Source: Chrysomallon squamiferum
Taxonomy: Eukaryota; Animalia; Mollusca
Direction of reading: 5' to 3'
NCBI GenBank assembly: GCA_012295275.1
Contig: CM022665.1
Span: 13,268,001-13,332,000, forward strand
Length of the DNA: 64,000 bases
In this document: positions 28,513-40,925 of the stretch, one piece after another
Layout: each line of letters begins with the position of its first letter
Numbering within the stretch: position 1 is the stretch's first letter
Translations under genes and position numbers: made by a program
Notes under the pieces: generated by a model
What the model was told of the DNA's origin: nothing
The model's database searches: none
Seen by the model: only the letters and a program-made list of their open reading frames with translations

Positions 28513-30500
28513 TTTTGAAAAATTCAGTCCAGCAGGTCAAACATTATTGGATGAATACATTTATACAAAGACGTCCTTCTGACCATGGTCCAGTAGTTTG
28601 CAACAACACATTACAATGAAATTTTTGTCCAAGGCAACAAATGCAAATATATGCACAGTAATCAGAATTGTTCACAACAATGGATCAGAAAATGTATAGT
28701 TATTAAAATTACGTTCTTCTTGCAATCACACTTACATGACCACTGAATTTTCAGCCAACACCTGTTGCTTACCATGCATTACTATACATAACATAACTAT
28801 TGATTACACATGTGTGTATGTATTAATGTTATGGTGTGTATATACCTGTTTAAATGTGTCTAGAGGTAGATATATACAAATACAAGAGAATGTAAAATGC
28901 ATAAATACATTTTCACACAAATGATGATAAAAAATAAATAAAAAATAAAAATACTTTTCAGTTCCTGTACTGGCTATCAATTAAATATAATTATAAACAG
29001 AGAAAAAATTATACATTTTAAATATGTATTCAGTAAAAAAAATTAACAGATGTGTTTATGAACAAATTCAGTAATTGAATTTCATAACATATCAAACTTT
29101 TGTGCGTATTTAATTCTTCTGCATTTCTGGTTCACCTTTAATATCAATTGATGTTTTCAAACTTTTATGATCCATCTCTTTATGAAAGCCAAGTTTAAAT
29201 CAATAGTGTGAATTAATAATCTATGTGCAGTGTTTTCATTACAATGGTGCACAGTTTCAAAAGATACAAAAGTCACCATATTTAAACAGATGCTAAATTT
29301 CAAAATGATTTAATATATTTATAAAACCGTCCATGAAATTCATAAATAATTTATAACAGAACATTGTTTACAGAAATGCAAGATAAATAATGTATAGCAA
29401 GATGCCGCATATAAAATGATCAGGATGTTGTTCTCTATTTTATAGATCAGGGATAAAGTATTTCAGATATGATGGATTGAAGGTTCAATCCTCCATAAAT
29501 GTCCTTTTCTGGTATTTTCATACAACTGATGTATCAAAGGAATGTAATGACAAAGTGTTTGTTAATTACTGTTATGTAATAAGAAGATTGGAATCATTTT
29601 CTTCTCCTAGTATACATTTAAACAACAACAATAAAAGTCATATGTTTGAGAGACTGTTGTAAGTATTAAACAGGTCTGAGGTGTCACAAATCAGATCTTA
29701 GTTAAAATGTAAAGCAAAAATATAATATGAAAACTATTTCTTAGAAAAATAATATTTGAAAATATTTCGAAATGTTACATTTTCTAAGAAAATTAAATTT
29801 AGAAAAAGTCAGAGCTACTCTTACTTTTTTTTGTGTTAGACTTTTGTAAATTCGTATCACAATAAAATTTAAATGTTTTAAATTTTATTTTTTTATGGCA
29901 TGCTGAATCACTTTTCATTTTCAACACTATGACTATACTGAAAGTTGAAATCTGAGAAAAAACAAAGTTTAAAAAAAAAACCATCTTAAGCTAACACTTG
30001 GAGATTATTAAAACTAGGAAGAAAAAATTAAACTCAAGTTATATTAGATAATTAAATCTAAAAATTATTTTAACCAGAATAATAAACATTATGTAGTTAT
30101 ATTAGGAAAATGTTTTAAATAAATAAATACACAAATGAAAACAACAATAAATATTAATTTATTAAATTTTAAATTAGAGTATCTAGTTAACATGCATATC
30201 AAATTGAGTCAAATTTGTCTTAACTCAATATCTAAGATAAAATGAAAAATATCCTGTAAACCGATGTAGGAAAATTACCTGTTTTATGTGAGATCAAGAC
30301 CAAACCTTTTGTTTTTTCTGATATACTAAGTCTAAAACAGCCATTTTACTGCCATAGAAATAACTCAACCTAATATATAAGACAAAATTATTATTTTGTT
30401 TTCAGCTGCAGAAAAGAAACTACAAACTAGAGAAGTAAAATGAATAGGATGCATTGTAAGTTGAAACAGTTCACATAAATTGATTACATCAATGAAAATA

Positions 30501-31381
30501 GGGGAAACTGGGGACCAATGAGCCATGGGAGCCTTTGAGCCATGCCATAAACTCCTAACTGCAAAATGGTAGTGACATCTATCCACCATCAATGTAACTA
30601 CTGTACATGTGACCTGCACCCATATTGTTTAGACAGCATTGGTTTTTGACTACTGTGAGTAATTTTGTTGTGTTTTGGTTACAGTTTGATACTGAGGTAA
30701 TAATACATATTTCATGGATCCTGTAATTTCTTTTGACTTCTAAATACAGATTTAGTTGATCAGCCATGCTGTTCTCTGATACACTGGGCTAACATAACAG
30801 AAGTGCTGTTGGGGACCAATGAGCCATTTTCTGTGGGGTCTGATGAGCCACACCTGTGAGAAACCACATCGCAACTGAGAAGAGCAGCAGAAAGGACAGA
30901 TGCACACCAAGATATTAAATCCACAATGAGCCCTCACGGACTGTTACATAAATATCTCCCATAACGATGTTTTTGAAGACAACCTACCAAACTGTATATT
31001 TTCACTGAGCATTGCCATCTGGCCTGCGAGACAGCAAAATAAAAGTAAATAAAATAAAGACAGTTGACACAGCTATTTTTTTTATTCAAGTCATACTTGT
31101 TTAAATTTTAAGGTGTCTGGAAGGCACTCATTGAATCAATAGTGCCTGCACCTGTTAAAAGTGAATTAACTGTTTACATAAAATACACATTTTGAAATCT
31201 TTTTTGTTCTCATTTCATCTTCTGGCCCTCATGCTCTTCCTATAAGATCCATCCAACCCCGGTTTTAAAAAGTTTGCCCACCCCTGCTCTATAAGCATCA
31301 ACAGTTTTTCTATCAACTTATGACGGTTTGGGTGAATGGGCTAAATATCTTAAAAATGGCTCATCAGTCCCCAGTTTACCC
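30501..31381. mobile_element. Non-autonomous Tc1/mariner-pogo type element, 881 bp
   Basis: TA flanks; TIRs GGGGAAACTGGGGACCAATGAGCCAT / ATGGCTCATCAGTCCCCAGTTTACCC; internal copies of GGGGACCAATGAGCCA at about 30811 and 30835. Confidence 0.85.
31015..31286. mobile_element. hAT-Charlie fragment nested in the 30501-31381 element
   Basis: Ends AAAAGTTTGCCCACCCCTG (Charlie TIR) with degenerate GGCCC(G) subterminal motifs; left boundary uncertain. Confidence 0.55.
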
Positions 31382-31910
31382 TAGCAATTAATTTCTGTTC
31401 ACTAATCATAATCACCTTATGCAGAAGTGTAATTCCCATATTAAATTTTAAAATTTCTGTTCCTAAAATATTGTAAATTTATTATGTTATTTGGTTCAAT
31501 ACATTGTGAACTGTTTGTTTATATTTTGGTAAATATTAATGTTGCTGTTATATTTAAATAAAATAAAATGAAGCAAGGAAAATAAATAAACTGAAGAAAA
31601 AAAAATAGTAAGGAAATGAAATATAAATTATGAAAATAAATTTTTAAAATTATCTTTATGTTCACTGCTATGGTCATCTGCAGCAGGAGTTGTTTATAAA
31701 TATACCAAATAAAAACATTCATTTCAGCATTAAAGAAAAATTGAGAGAGCTGTGTCAGTATACACAAGCTGCTGCAAATTCGATTATTTGAATAATTATT
31801 CAGAACAAAACACATAAGAAGCTCAGTAAAAATCAATATCTTACAAATGGACTGAGTTATCTCCTGTTCCAACCAGTGGCTTGTACAGGAAACAATGTAT
31901 TTTAAAGGAC

Positions 31911-32085
31911 ATAACTGTGGACAGCTAATTACTGCTGTTTGTCAAATGACCCTAAGTTCTATATCTGAAAATGGTTATATCTGGTTACTTTTTTTAAATC
32001 TGTACTTAACTATTATAACAATACTACAATAGTAACTGCAATAAAAAAAAAATGTGTGATTGTTAATAAAAGACAATGTAAAATA
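31911..32085 (+). repeat. Direct repeat copy B, about 175 bp
   Basis: Near-identical to 27861-28040 with small indels. Confidence 0.95.
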
Positions 32086-32559
32086 GTCCCACTTCAATAA
32101 AACATCCAAGAGACCCAGAATTTACATTTAGATTATTGGTTTATCAAGGTTTATCATCTCAAAATTTGACATATTTAAGTAATGTTTAAATAACTTATTT
32201 TCATCACTCTTAAATATTTACCTATTTGGAACAAAATATTTTTTATGTGTATTTAATATTTAATGTCTCAACCAACAGTAATAACATATGCAGTGGTACC
32301 TTGACTTACGGGTTTAATTTGTTCTGTGACTGAGCTCGTAACTCAATTTGCTTGTATATCAAATCAATTTTCATAACTTAAAGTAATTGAAATACAATTA
32401 AGCCGTTCCAGCCATCCAAAAACCATCAATTGTTTTTTTGTTGTTTTTTTGTTAACTTTTTTTGAATCAGAAAAATGTATTTATAAATGACAAATATTGT
32501 ATTAAAACAAAATAAAAGAATGTAAAGAAATAAATTGGTTTTGTAGTGTATTTATCTTG

Positions 32560-32789
32560 GACATCAGACAAATTATTTTAACACCTTTGGCTGGAATTAC
32601 AGCCTTTATCAACTGCTTCTGCTTCAGTATGATACATATCATAGATGTACTATGCACTTACTGCCTAGGCAAGTCGACTACATGCACACCTCACTCATGT
32701 TTTTCTATGAATTCAAGTTTTAATTCATTGGACATCATCCGCTTCTTCTTCTCAGCACTGTCCTTTGCACTCACTTTCTTAGGATCCAT
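32560..32789 (-). pseudogene. Tigger transposase N-terminal (CENP-B/psq-type HTH) remnant
   Basis: MDPKKVSAKDSAEKKKRMMSNELKLEFIEKHE*GVHVVDLPRQ*VHSTSMICIILKQKQLIKAVIPAKGVKII: TIGD1-like, two in-frame stops, no catalytic domain. Confidence 0.85.
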
Positions 32790-32956
32790 GGTCATAAAAA
32801 GAAATTTGGCAAAATACTGCACAAAACGCGAGCACAACACAACAGAGATGCTTCTGCAGTGAGGTAACCACTTCAAGAAAACAAGTGAGATGCTGTTTGT
32901 TGCACCAACTAGCAGCAGCGTATGTGAAGCTCGTAACTCAGATTTTGGCTCACAAG

Positions 32957-33691
32957 TGGGGTTTGCAAATTACTGATAATATCAATACCGGTAAAACACT
33001 GACAGATATTCTCGATACCAGATTTCACTGGTTTTAGTTAGTTTGTCCACAGGAAAAGGGGCTTTTGTGGACACTGTTTTCTTTTATAACTACTCATTTT
33101 TTTATTATTTGACACTCATCTGACAACATTATTCATTATCCTCCTTTTCCTACATGTCTTCAGAAGAAATGGTGAAATGATCCTTTATAGAACTTACAAT
33201 GGGTACAAAAGGTATATAAGAAATGTACATGCATTAAAAAACCAAGAAGAAATGTGGATGCAAATTTTATAAAAAGGAAACAAGGAAAATGTACATCACA
33301 TGTTTTGCAACTTTTGAAAAGTTCTGATTCATTCCTTGATACTCAAGAAGTATGACATTAAAAAACACAAAACATCTAGGGTCTTGGGCGACAATTGTGA
33401 AGCAGGAGCCAATCCCTTATCACTAGTCACCAAAATGACTTAGGATGGCATACATGTCAGCAATCAAACAGGTAAACGCGGAACTTTAAACAGACAAGCA
33501 TTGAACTCACATCTGAAGGCATGCTAGCAGCACCCGAGTAATTAACATAATCTTATGTTAACAACTAACATATCTCTCAACATAACTCGTTAAAATTTAG
33601 AAAACCAGTATTGGTGCTTCAGTAACGGTATTACCCATCAATTACTAAAACCAGTATTTACCAGTATTTAAATACCATTTTTTGAACCTTA
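32957..33691. mobile_element. hAT-type non-autonomous element nested in the Tigger
   Basis: 8-bp target duplication CTCACAAG (32949-32956) / CTCACAAC (33692-33699); ends TGGGGTT / AACCTTA; subterminal ATACCG/CGGTATT-like repeats. Confidence 0.75.
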
Positions 33692-34671
33692 CTCACAACT
33701 CAAACAAAAAAATCTACCAGTCAACTGCTCGTAACTCGAAAAACTTGTAAGTTGGGGCATTTGTAAGTCGAGGTACCACTGTATGCATATAATATTTATT
33801 ATTTCACAATTTGTAGCTATGAAAATGGGGGTTTCATTTGGTTCTTTTTATCACCTAAAAATGAATGATTTTAAAAAGTTTTAAATTTGTGAATTTCTGT
33901 TTAACAGTTTCTTGAGACAAAGAGAGAGAGAGAGAGAGATTTAAACTTCCCTGTTCACATCAAAGCTTTCAGCCACATGCTTGACTATTATTTAATCATC
34001 ACTGTACACTTTACTGATATTCAACAGTAAATCAAGAAATTTACCTTATTTTATAACTGTAGAAACATGGTTTAATTAATGTTTATCTAATTATTTTTCA
34101 AAGTCCAGTCAAGTTCTGATACTTTAGGTTTTGTAAATGAAGGTAAAGAAACATTGGCATTTCTCTGGTTTCATGTAATTTCATTGTTTTGATTAACTTT
34201 TTGTTACTGGAAGTGGAGAATGTGATATAATCTTTGTTAACAATGTTGTGTGAGAGCATGGGGATTATGAAAATTCACTTTCAATTATTTTCACTAACTT
34301 TCACTAATTCTTTAAAGCATTTCTGGTTACTGTTAATGAAAATTTGTTGTTAATTTTTATACCAAAATGGCACTAACATTTTTAATTATGGTCCTTTTAA
34401 GTTCTGTGTATTACTGATCTTCTGAAAGAAAAGGTTTAATTACAAATTTGATTAACAGCATTTAACAAAATAATCGTGTAAAGGACAAATACAGCAAATT
34501 AAGAATTTACATATCTAGACTTCAAGGACACCATGCTAACAAATGTTACCCTGCTTGCTCTACCATGAATGTGGTACAATCATATTTTGCTCATGAAAAT
34601 TATGTTTGAAGTATTAATTTCAACTGATATTACTGAACTACAATTGAAAAAATAATTTAACAGACACTCAC

Positions 34672-34720
34672 CATGCATGGAGAAGATAAATGAAGAATCT
34701 CAGAACACTAGCTGATGTTA
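34672..34720 (-). other. Candidate 49-nt SYT14 upstream exon ending in ATG CAT G
   Basis: Strong acceptor ttttctctctctgttag and donor ATG|gtgagt; the last 7 nt would give MH-VPIEAVAFL when joined to the TM exon. Confidence 0.45.
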
Positions 34721-36703
34721 CTAACAGAGAGAGAAAATAAAACTCCTCACATACAGAAATTAAAACCAACCATCTGTTTCAAGCATGAATATATATGATC
34801 TTTTTGGTTCCACTGGAATCTAAATTTATAGTTAATGCTATAATACATTTAGCAGAATAATCAATAGACATAAACAGCAAATAGAAATTACCAAAACCGC
34901 CCCTTACAAATCATCCTACAATTTCTATTCACAGTAATAATATCATTTACAAACAAACAGAAATCATACAGAGATTATAGAAGACTCTATTTGTTAATAT
35001 GCTAATTCTGAAGAAAGACAGATAGCTGCCCAGGAGCCATTCAGCAGTTAGTGAATATACATGGAATATGGTTTAATCTAAGTAAAATACCTCATTTTAA
35101 ACTACATTCTTTAACAGAGAAAGTTAATACAGAATAGTAGTTGTGATAGTACAATACCAGACATGGTAGCCTGTTTGTCAAGGATTTAGAATTTTCTCCA
35201 TGGATTATTTCCTCATTCAAAGCAACAGGTGAAGACAGATAGTGTGGTAAAAGAGATAATACTGCCTCAAAGATATTGAAAAAAAAAAAAAAAAAAAAAT
35301 TGGGAAAGTAATATATAAATAGGTAGCAAAAAAGAACAAAACTGATAAATAAATCAATAAAGATTGTATGAAAAAAAAAAACTGCATATGTAATTTGTTT
35401 TTTAAGGCTGGTATACAAGTTACCATGAGCAAATGCAACTATTTCAGACTTTATTTAGTTTTTCAAACATTAGTTCAATATATAAAGTTGTTAAATATAT
35501 AGAACATATTAAAAGAAGTGTCTAGACATATTAAATGGAATACAAATATGTGAACTTGTTTAGGAAGAAAGAACTTTGATCAAAATAAAAATATGTCAAC
35601 AAACTTGGTAAGACTATGGTTTACAACATAAAAATGGAAGAAAATATTTACAACTTATCAAATATAAATGTGTCTGCTTTCCAGACTTAGGATAAACTGG
35701 ATGCTTAAAAATAATGCCTTCCCGGTAGTTGATGAAAGTAGCAGTTAGCATTTCTCCTAATTATTATTACATAAAAATCATACATTTGACACCTGATAAC
35801 TATTCGTTATTTTTTTTATTTTTTTAAATAATTAAAACACATTTTAAATTATTTATTGCTTATTTACTAGATTTAGCATTACTCTGTACGTAACTATACA
35901 TAGTATACATCTCTTTTTACTTTTTATTTATTATCTTTTTTCTATTTAACAAAAAGAAAAAGAAAAAATAAATATTCATGTTTTGGGAAAGAAATAATTA
36001 CCTTCAAACTGTACAAATTAACTACTTCCATAAAGTCAAGTAAAAGGCAAAGTATTCATTTTTTCCCTTTGTGTGTGTGTGTGTATGCAAGTGAAAAAAC
36101 ACATGAAACAATTACATAATACTGTATATGGCTGCATATTCTAGTTTCAAGAGACTGAAGTTTATTCTTCCATAATTGTGATTCTTGTTTCATCTAAATA
36201 CAATTATTGTTGGTGGAATTTAATGCAACAGCTTTTATTTTTTATTAATTACCTTTTAACAGTATATAATTATGCAATTCCAAATTCTTTGAAAACAAAT
36301 ACTTTTAAAAAGATTACTTTGTCAGATTTCTGACAAATTTCTATGATTCTGATGCATTAACAAATTTCAGATTAAATAATAATAATAATAATTATTATTA
36401 TTTTTATTATTATTATTATTATAATCATAATCATAATCACAATAAGTATAATAATAGTAATTATGAAATGATAATAATTATAATGATTGATGTATAAATA
36501 CAAAAATATAAAAAAAACTGATTGAGAGAGAGAACCAGTCTTTTTATATTACTTTATAAAAATAAAAAATAAAATAAAAAAACAATTGGGATGGTTAATA
36601 CATCTGTGAAAATAAAATGTTTTCTTTTATAAAAAGTAAAAAATTATGATGATATTTATCTCAACATTAAAAAGAAAGAACTAAATTATACAAATTCCCT
36701 TAC

Positions 36704-36959
36704 CATCACCAATAAATTGTTCATTACAGGCATCACCCAAACAGTTAGCTGCAACCATTCTTGTATTGTTGTGTATGTTTTCAGGAAAAAGATTTTGTGT
36801 TTCATTTGATGCATTATAAACATTTAAAGGTGAAGCTGTCATATTATAATTCCAGTCAGATATATTTCCATTAGTTTCTTCATTTTCTACACTATACTGA
36901 TGAGTTGTATTTTCTGTTACAACATTATCATAATCCATAGTGTCATTTATTACTGCCAT
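36704..36959 (-). CDS. SYT14: Candidate alternative first coding exon of SYT14 encoding an N-glycosylation-rich luminal segment
   Basis: aaaATGG start, 85 open codons, seven N-x-S/T sequons, GAT G|gtaagg phase-1 donor in frame with the TM exon. Confidence 0.65.
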
Positions 36960-39900
36960 TTTCTTTGTACTTTTTTTTTTTTTTTTTTAAATTAAACTGC
37001 TGATACTATATTCATATATACATGAATATATACATGGATACAAGGTTGAATTAATTTTGGAACATTTAACACCTTTTTAGCACATTTCAAATAGTATGTA
37101 CATATACATTTGATTGGGTTTTTTTGTCACAATTCTCCATATATAAAGCTATTCCAAGTTTTCCATTTTGTCATACATCTTTTATACAATCCAGATGAGA
37201 CGAATGATCTTCAACTCTCCAATTTTTCAGATGCATCTGTTGGATATCTGTGTTTAGGTAGATGTCTGGTCAAAATGACTATCATTTTGTTTGTGTTGTA
37301 TACTGTAATACATTTTCTACATCAGAATTCAACATGGATTCTAAACTATGGAAATGCCACACATTGCTGCAATGAATTTTGCTCTTTAGCCTCTCATAAA
37401 TGCCAATGCAGAATGTGTGCTATCAGCAAGGGAAATTAAGCTAAATGTTTAATGTTAATATTGTATATGAGCTGTGTTTTGAAATAACAACTGATAGCAA
37501 ATTACCATAAGCTGGCATTAACTATGTGTGATTCGACATTTACAATCATGTATGTCAAAAAAAAAAAAAAAGTAAAAGAAAATTTGTTTAATGAGTTTAC
37601 CAACATGAATGAATGTTTATTGTTTAATGAATGTACAAAGCTAATGTAAATATTAGCTGATGGATGTAAACTCAATGGTAAATAAAAGACAGCAAAAATA
37701 GAACACGAGAAAAATATTATGATTATTACTGATTATTTATGATTTTAAAATAGATGAATTATAAATAAAAAACCAGAAACAGTACAAAACAGCAGAGAAT
37801 AAAATACATTTCCTTATTTTCTATTTTTAATAAAATATTTTATTTACAAGTTTAAGATACAGTAACTGATTATAAAATTATGTTCTTCATTTAGAGAAAG
37901 AATACTGCCTAATTATATTTATTTCTGATAAACAAATATTTTATTAGCTGACAAATGCTTGAAACAGGTTTTTTTTATGGAGTTCATTTTGCTATTTTGG
38001 GGTATATTTTATCTATATTAGTAAAAATAGCCTTTAGTTTTGTAACAGCAGTACCTTCTCTCTATAATTTTAATTACACAAAAAATCTAATGATAAGTAA
38101 ATATTAGATGATGTTAAACTTACAAAATTTTATTAATTAATTCTTACTCTGCTTAAAAGTAATAACGTTAGACTAAAGAACTGCACAACTATCTGTGTGC
38201 AGTTCTGAAATTACAAATTATCTACTCCCAGTGCATTTGTAATATTAATGTTCTGTTTTGAAATTCAATTAAGTATTCATGAAAAGGTTGTATTTTGCAA
38301 AAATGTAAATGAGATTAAAAAAGATAAATATTATTTCAAATTCCTGTTATAGAAGAAACGAAGTAAATATATATATATATATGTAACAACAATTAAACAG
38401 AAAGCATAGAATATGTGTGTATATATAAAACTACTATAAAAGGAAACATTATTTTAAAAAATGTGATATAATTTTGTGAAGATGTTACAAAACTCAGTTT
38501 CAAAAAAAATATTTTAGTTTACTCTAATTTTGGTCACCAGCAAAATTATGCTGGCTGGTTGTCAAATGTATAGTGTTAATTAAAAAGTGAACAGTATGAT
38601 GTACATCAAACAGCAGGCATCCAATTAAGCAGGCTCTACTAACAACAAAATTAGTGCTGTCATTGAAGACTCAGTGTATAAATGTCTGTTACATGCTATT
38701 AAAATCATTGGTTCTGTGGATAACTGTTGAATAAACATGATTTTAGTGCTGATAAACATTTTCTGTTCTATGTATAATTTTTTTTCTATGAAAACAGTTG
38801 CCAATTAGAAATCAAACTAAACTGAAAAATGCGATATAATTAAAATAAAAACATTACAATACTAGGTCCATTCCACATTTTAGCCATTATATTTAATAAT
38901 AATAATATTTTTTTAAATACTTTTAAATTTTTAATTTGTGTATGTATTTACTATTCATTTCACAAATTACATAGGATTAATGATTTAAAATAATAATAAT
39001 AATTATAAATTGCTATTATTTTCATTATAGTTTTTATGCATGATACTGCAACATAAAAAAATATATATTTGTTGGAAATATATTTATTCATTCTTATATA
39101 TTTGATTTTTTGTTTTTGTTGTATTTGTTGTATTATAATGAATACCTTTTCTTGTAATAAGAAATATATTAAAAGACTGAGTCTGAAACAGTGACAGTCA
39201 TCTCATCTGAGAATATAACATTTAAAACAAATTTATTCATATTTTATTTCTTTTTATTTAATACTTTGGTTATTATAATGAACAGCTTTTGCTATACTGA
39301 AAAATGATTTTGACTGGTGGAATTCTCTAATAATATTATATATAATTTAAGTGATAATCAATCTCATAAGATTTTTTACATTTTATTTTATTTTATTTTA
39401 TTTTTTTTAGGGTGAAAAAAGAATAGCTTTATGCATTAAATCAGTTAATATTTACCGTATCAATATTAAGGAGTTTTATTTATAAATACATTTTATAGAA
39501 TTCTCCATTTTGATGTATCTGAAGGTGTGTGATGTATTGATTTAAGAAATGTGAATGATGCTTTCAAGTCATCTTACCATCTACAGCCTTCGATCAATAA
39601 CATAAATATTTCACTATTGCTATAATGGGATTTTACACTCATGTTAATGTGACTGGTTAATTAAGGAAAATCTTCCATTCTGTTTGTGCACATCAACAGA
39701 ACAAATTCCTTAGTGACAGGAATTATTAAATATTGTACACTAAGACAACAAAATTAAAAAAGAAATAAAAAAATGCAATAAAACAGAGACAAGAAAGAAA
39801 AAGGGAAAAGAAATACTGGTAATGTTATTGATCTCTATCAATCAATATAATTCATATCACTTCATCAGTATCAGAAATAAATTATTAATAATAAAATAAT

Positions 39901-40265
39901 TTGTTTTTGCCTCTAACAATTAAATAAGCAAAATCTCTATGTTCAATCATTTTTTATGGACATTCTCTTAAGATTAAGTGAATTCCTTAATTCAAAATGT
40001 TATTCAGAATTTATGAACAATAAATATTTTTCTTTTTTTAAGTGCTATTCATTTCCACAAATGACACAAATAGATTATTCAAAGTATTTATAAAAATAAT
40101 TAATTTGGGTATTCTTCAAATAATATAAATAAGTAAGCTGCAACACAATTTAAACAAGACATTTTTTTAAGTCTACTATTGTTTATAAAAATGAGATACA
40201 GAAATTGTTTTACCAGTAATCTGTTTGACCACACTAAGAAAACAATACTGTGTAATAAATTTCAA

Positions 40266-40508
40266 ATGAATATTTATTTAATAACACTTTAGCACTTATT
40301 GTTATATTAAAAGTGTTGAACCTCATAATTTGATTTTATGTGAGAAAGAAAACAAGCTGCTACCACTACCTGGGCTACTTTTATCAATTAACAACATGGG
40401 GTCTATTATATGCACCATCCCAGTGGAATGAAAATACATAATATGGCCTTTGATATACCAATTATAGGACCAATTACCAATATACCAATTACAGGACACT
40501 GGTGGGAG
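40266..40508 (-). mobile_element. Degenerate SINE-like interspersed repeat
   Basis: GGGCTACTTTTATCAATTAACAACATGGGGTCTATTATATGCACCATCCCA...GGCCTTTGATATACCA; related to 6931-7160 and to fragments near 35.7, 47.55, 48.6 and 58.3 kb. Confidence 0.6.
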
Positions 40509-40660
40509 TGTGAAAGATAATAATATTAAGAAATATCCTTGGAAAACTTTTATTTATGATGTCAAATTAAATTGGAAAATTATTCATCCTGAAGTATCAT
40601 AAAGTAGTCTGTTCTTAATCTATTACCAGTTTAAATAATGCTTCTTAAATAAAGCAACTG

Positions 40661-40925
40661 CAGGTTGAGAATTCTTTATAGGATATAGCCTGGGAATAGG
40701 ATATAAGTCTAAATACAAATTCCATTTATATTTCATATACAGCTTATACAAATAGTATGTAGGATTTTTAATTTAATATTTGTTTTAATTTTATGCATAA
40801 AATAAAGTTTGTGTATGCAAAACAATCTAAAACTGTAAGATAACACTATTTCTGCTGCTCAGAAAAAGTTTTGGATTTCGGATCTTTTCAGATCTTGAAA
40901 TTTCAGACAAGGAATCATCAACCTC
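40661..40925 (+). mobile_element. Tigger4/MER46-like non-autonomous pogo element, copy 2
   Basis: CAGGTTGAG ... TCAACCTC ends; internal AAGTCTAAATACAAATTCCATTTATATTTCATATACAGCTTATACA and TTGGATTTCGGAT motifs; homologous to 16427-16762. Confidence 0.75.

Larger units (their letters stand above)
32291..33781 (-). mobile_element. Internally deleted Tigger (pogo) transposon
   Basis: TIRs CAGTGGTACCTTGACTTAC / GTAAGTCGAGGTACCACTG, TG/TA flanks, GCTCGTAACTC subterminal repeats, transposase remnant inside. Confidence 0.92.

Noticed and set aside
34090-34421. Possible exon after the ctttcag acceptor at 34.42 kb
   Set aside because: Stops in all three frames within about 12 codons.
38177-38206. 11-bp hairpin AGAACTGCACA / TGTGCAGTTCT
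   Set aside because: Too short for a pre-miRNA and no CTRR end for a Helitron; isolated.
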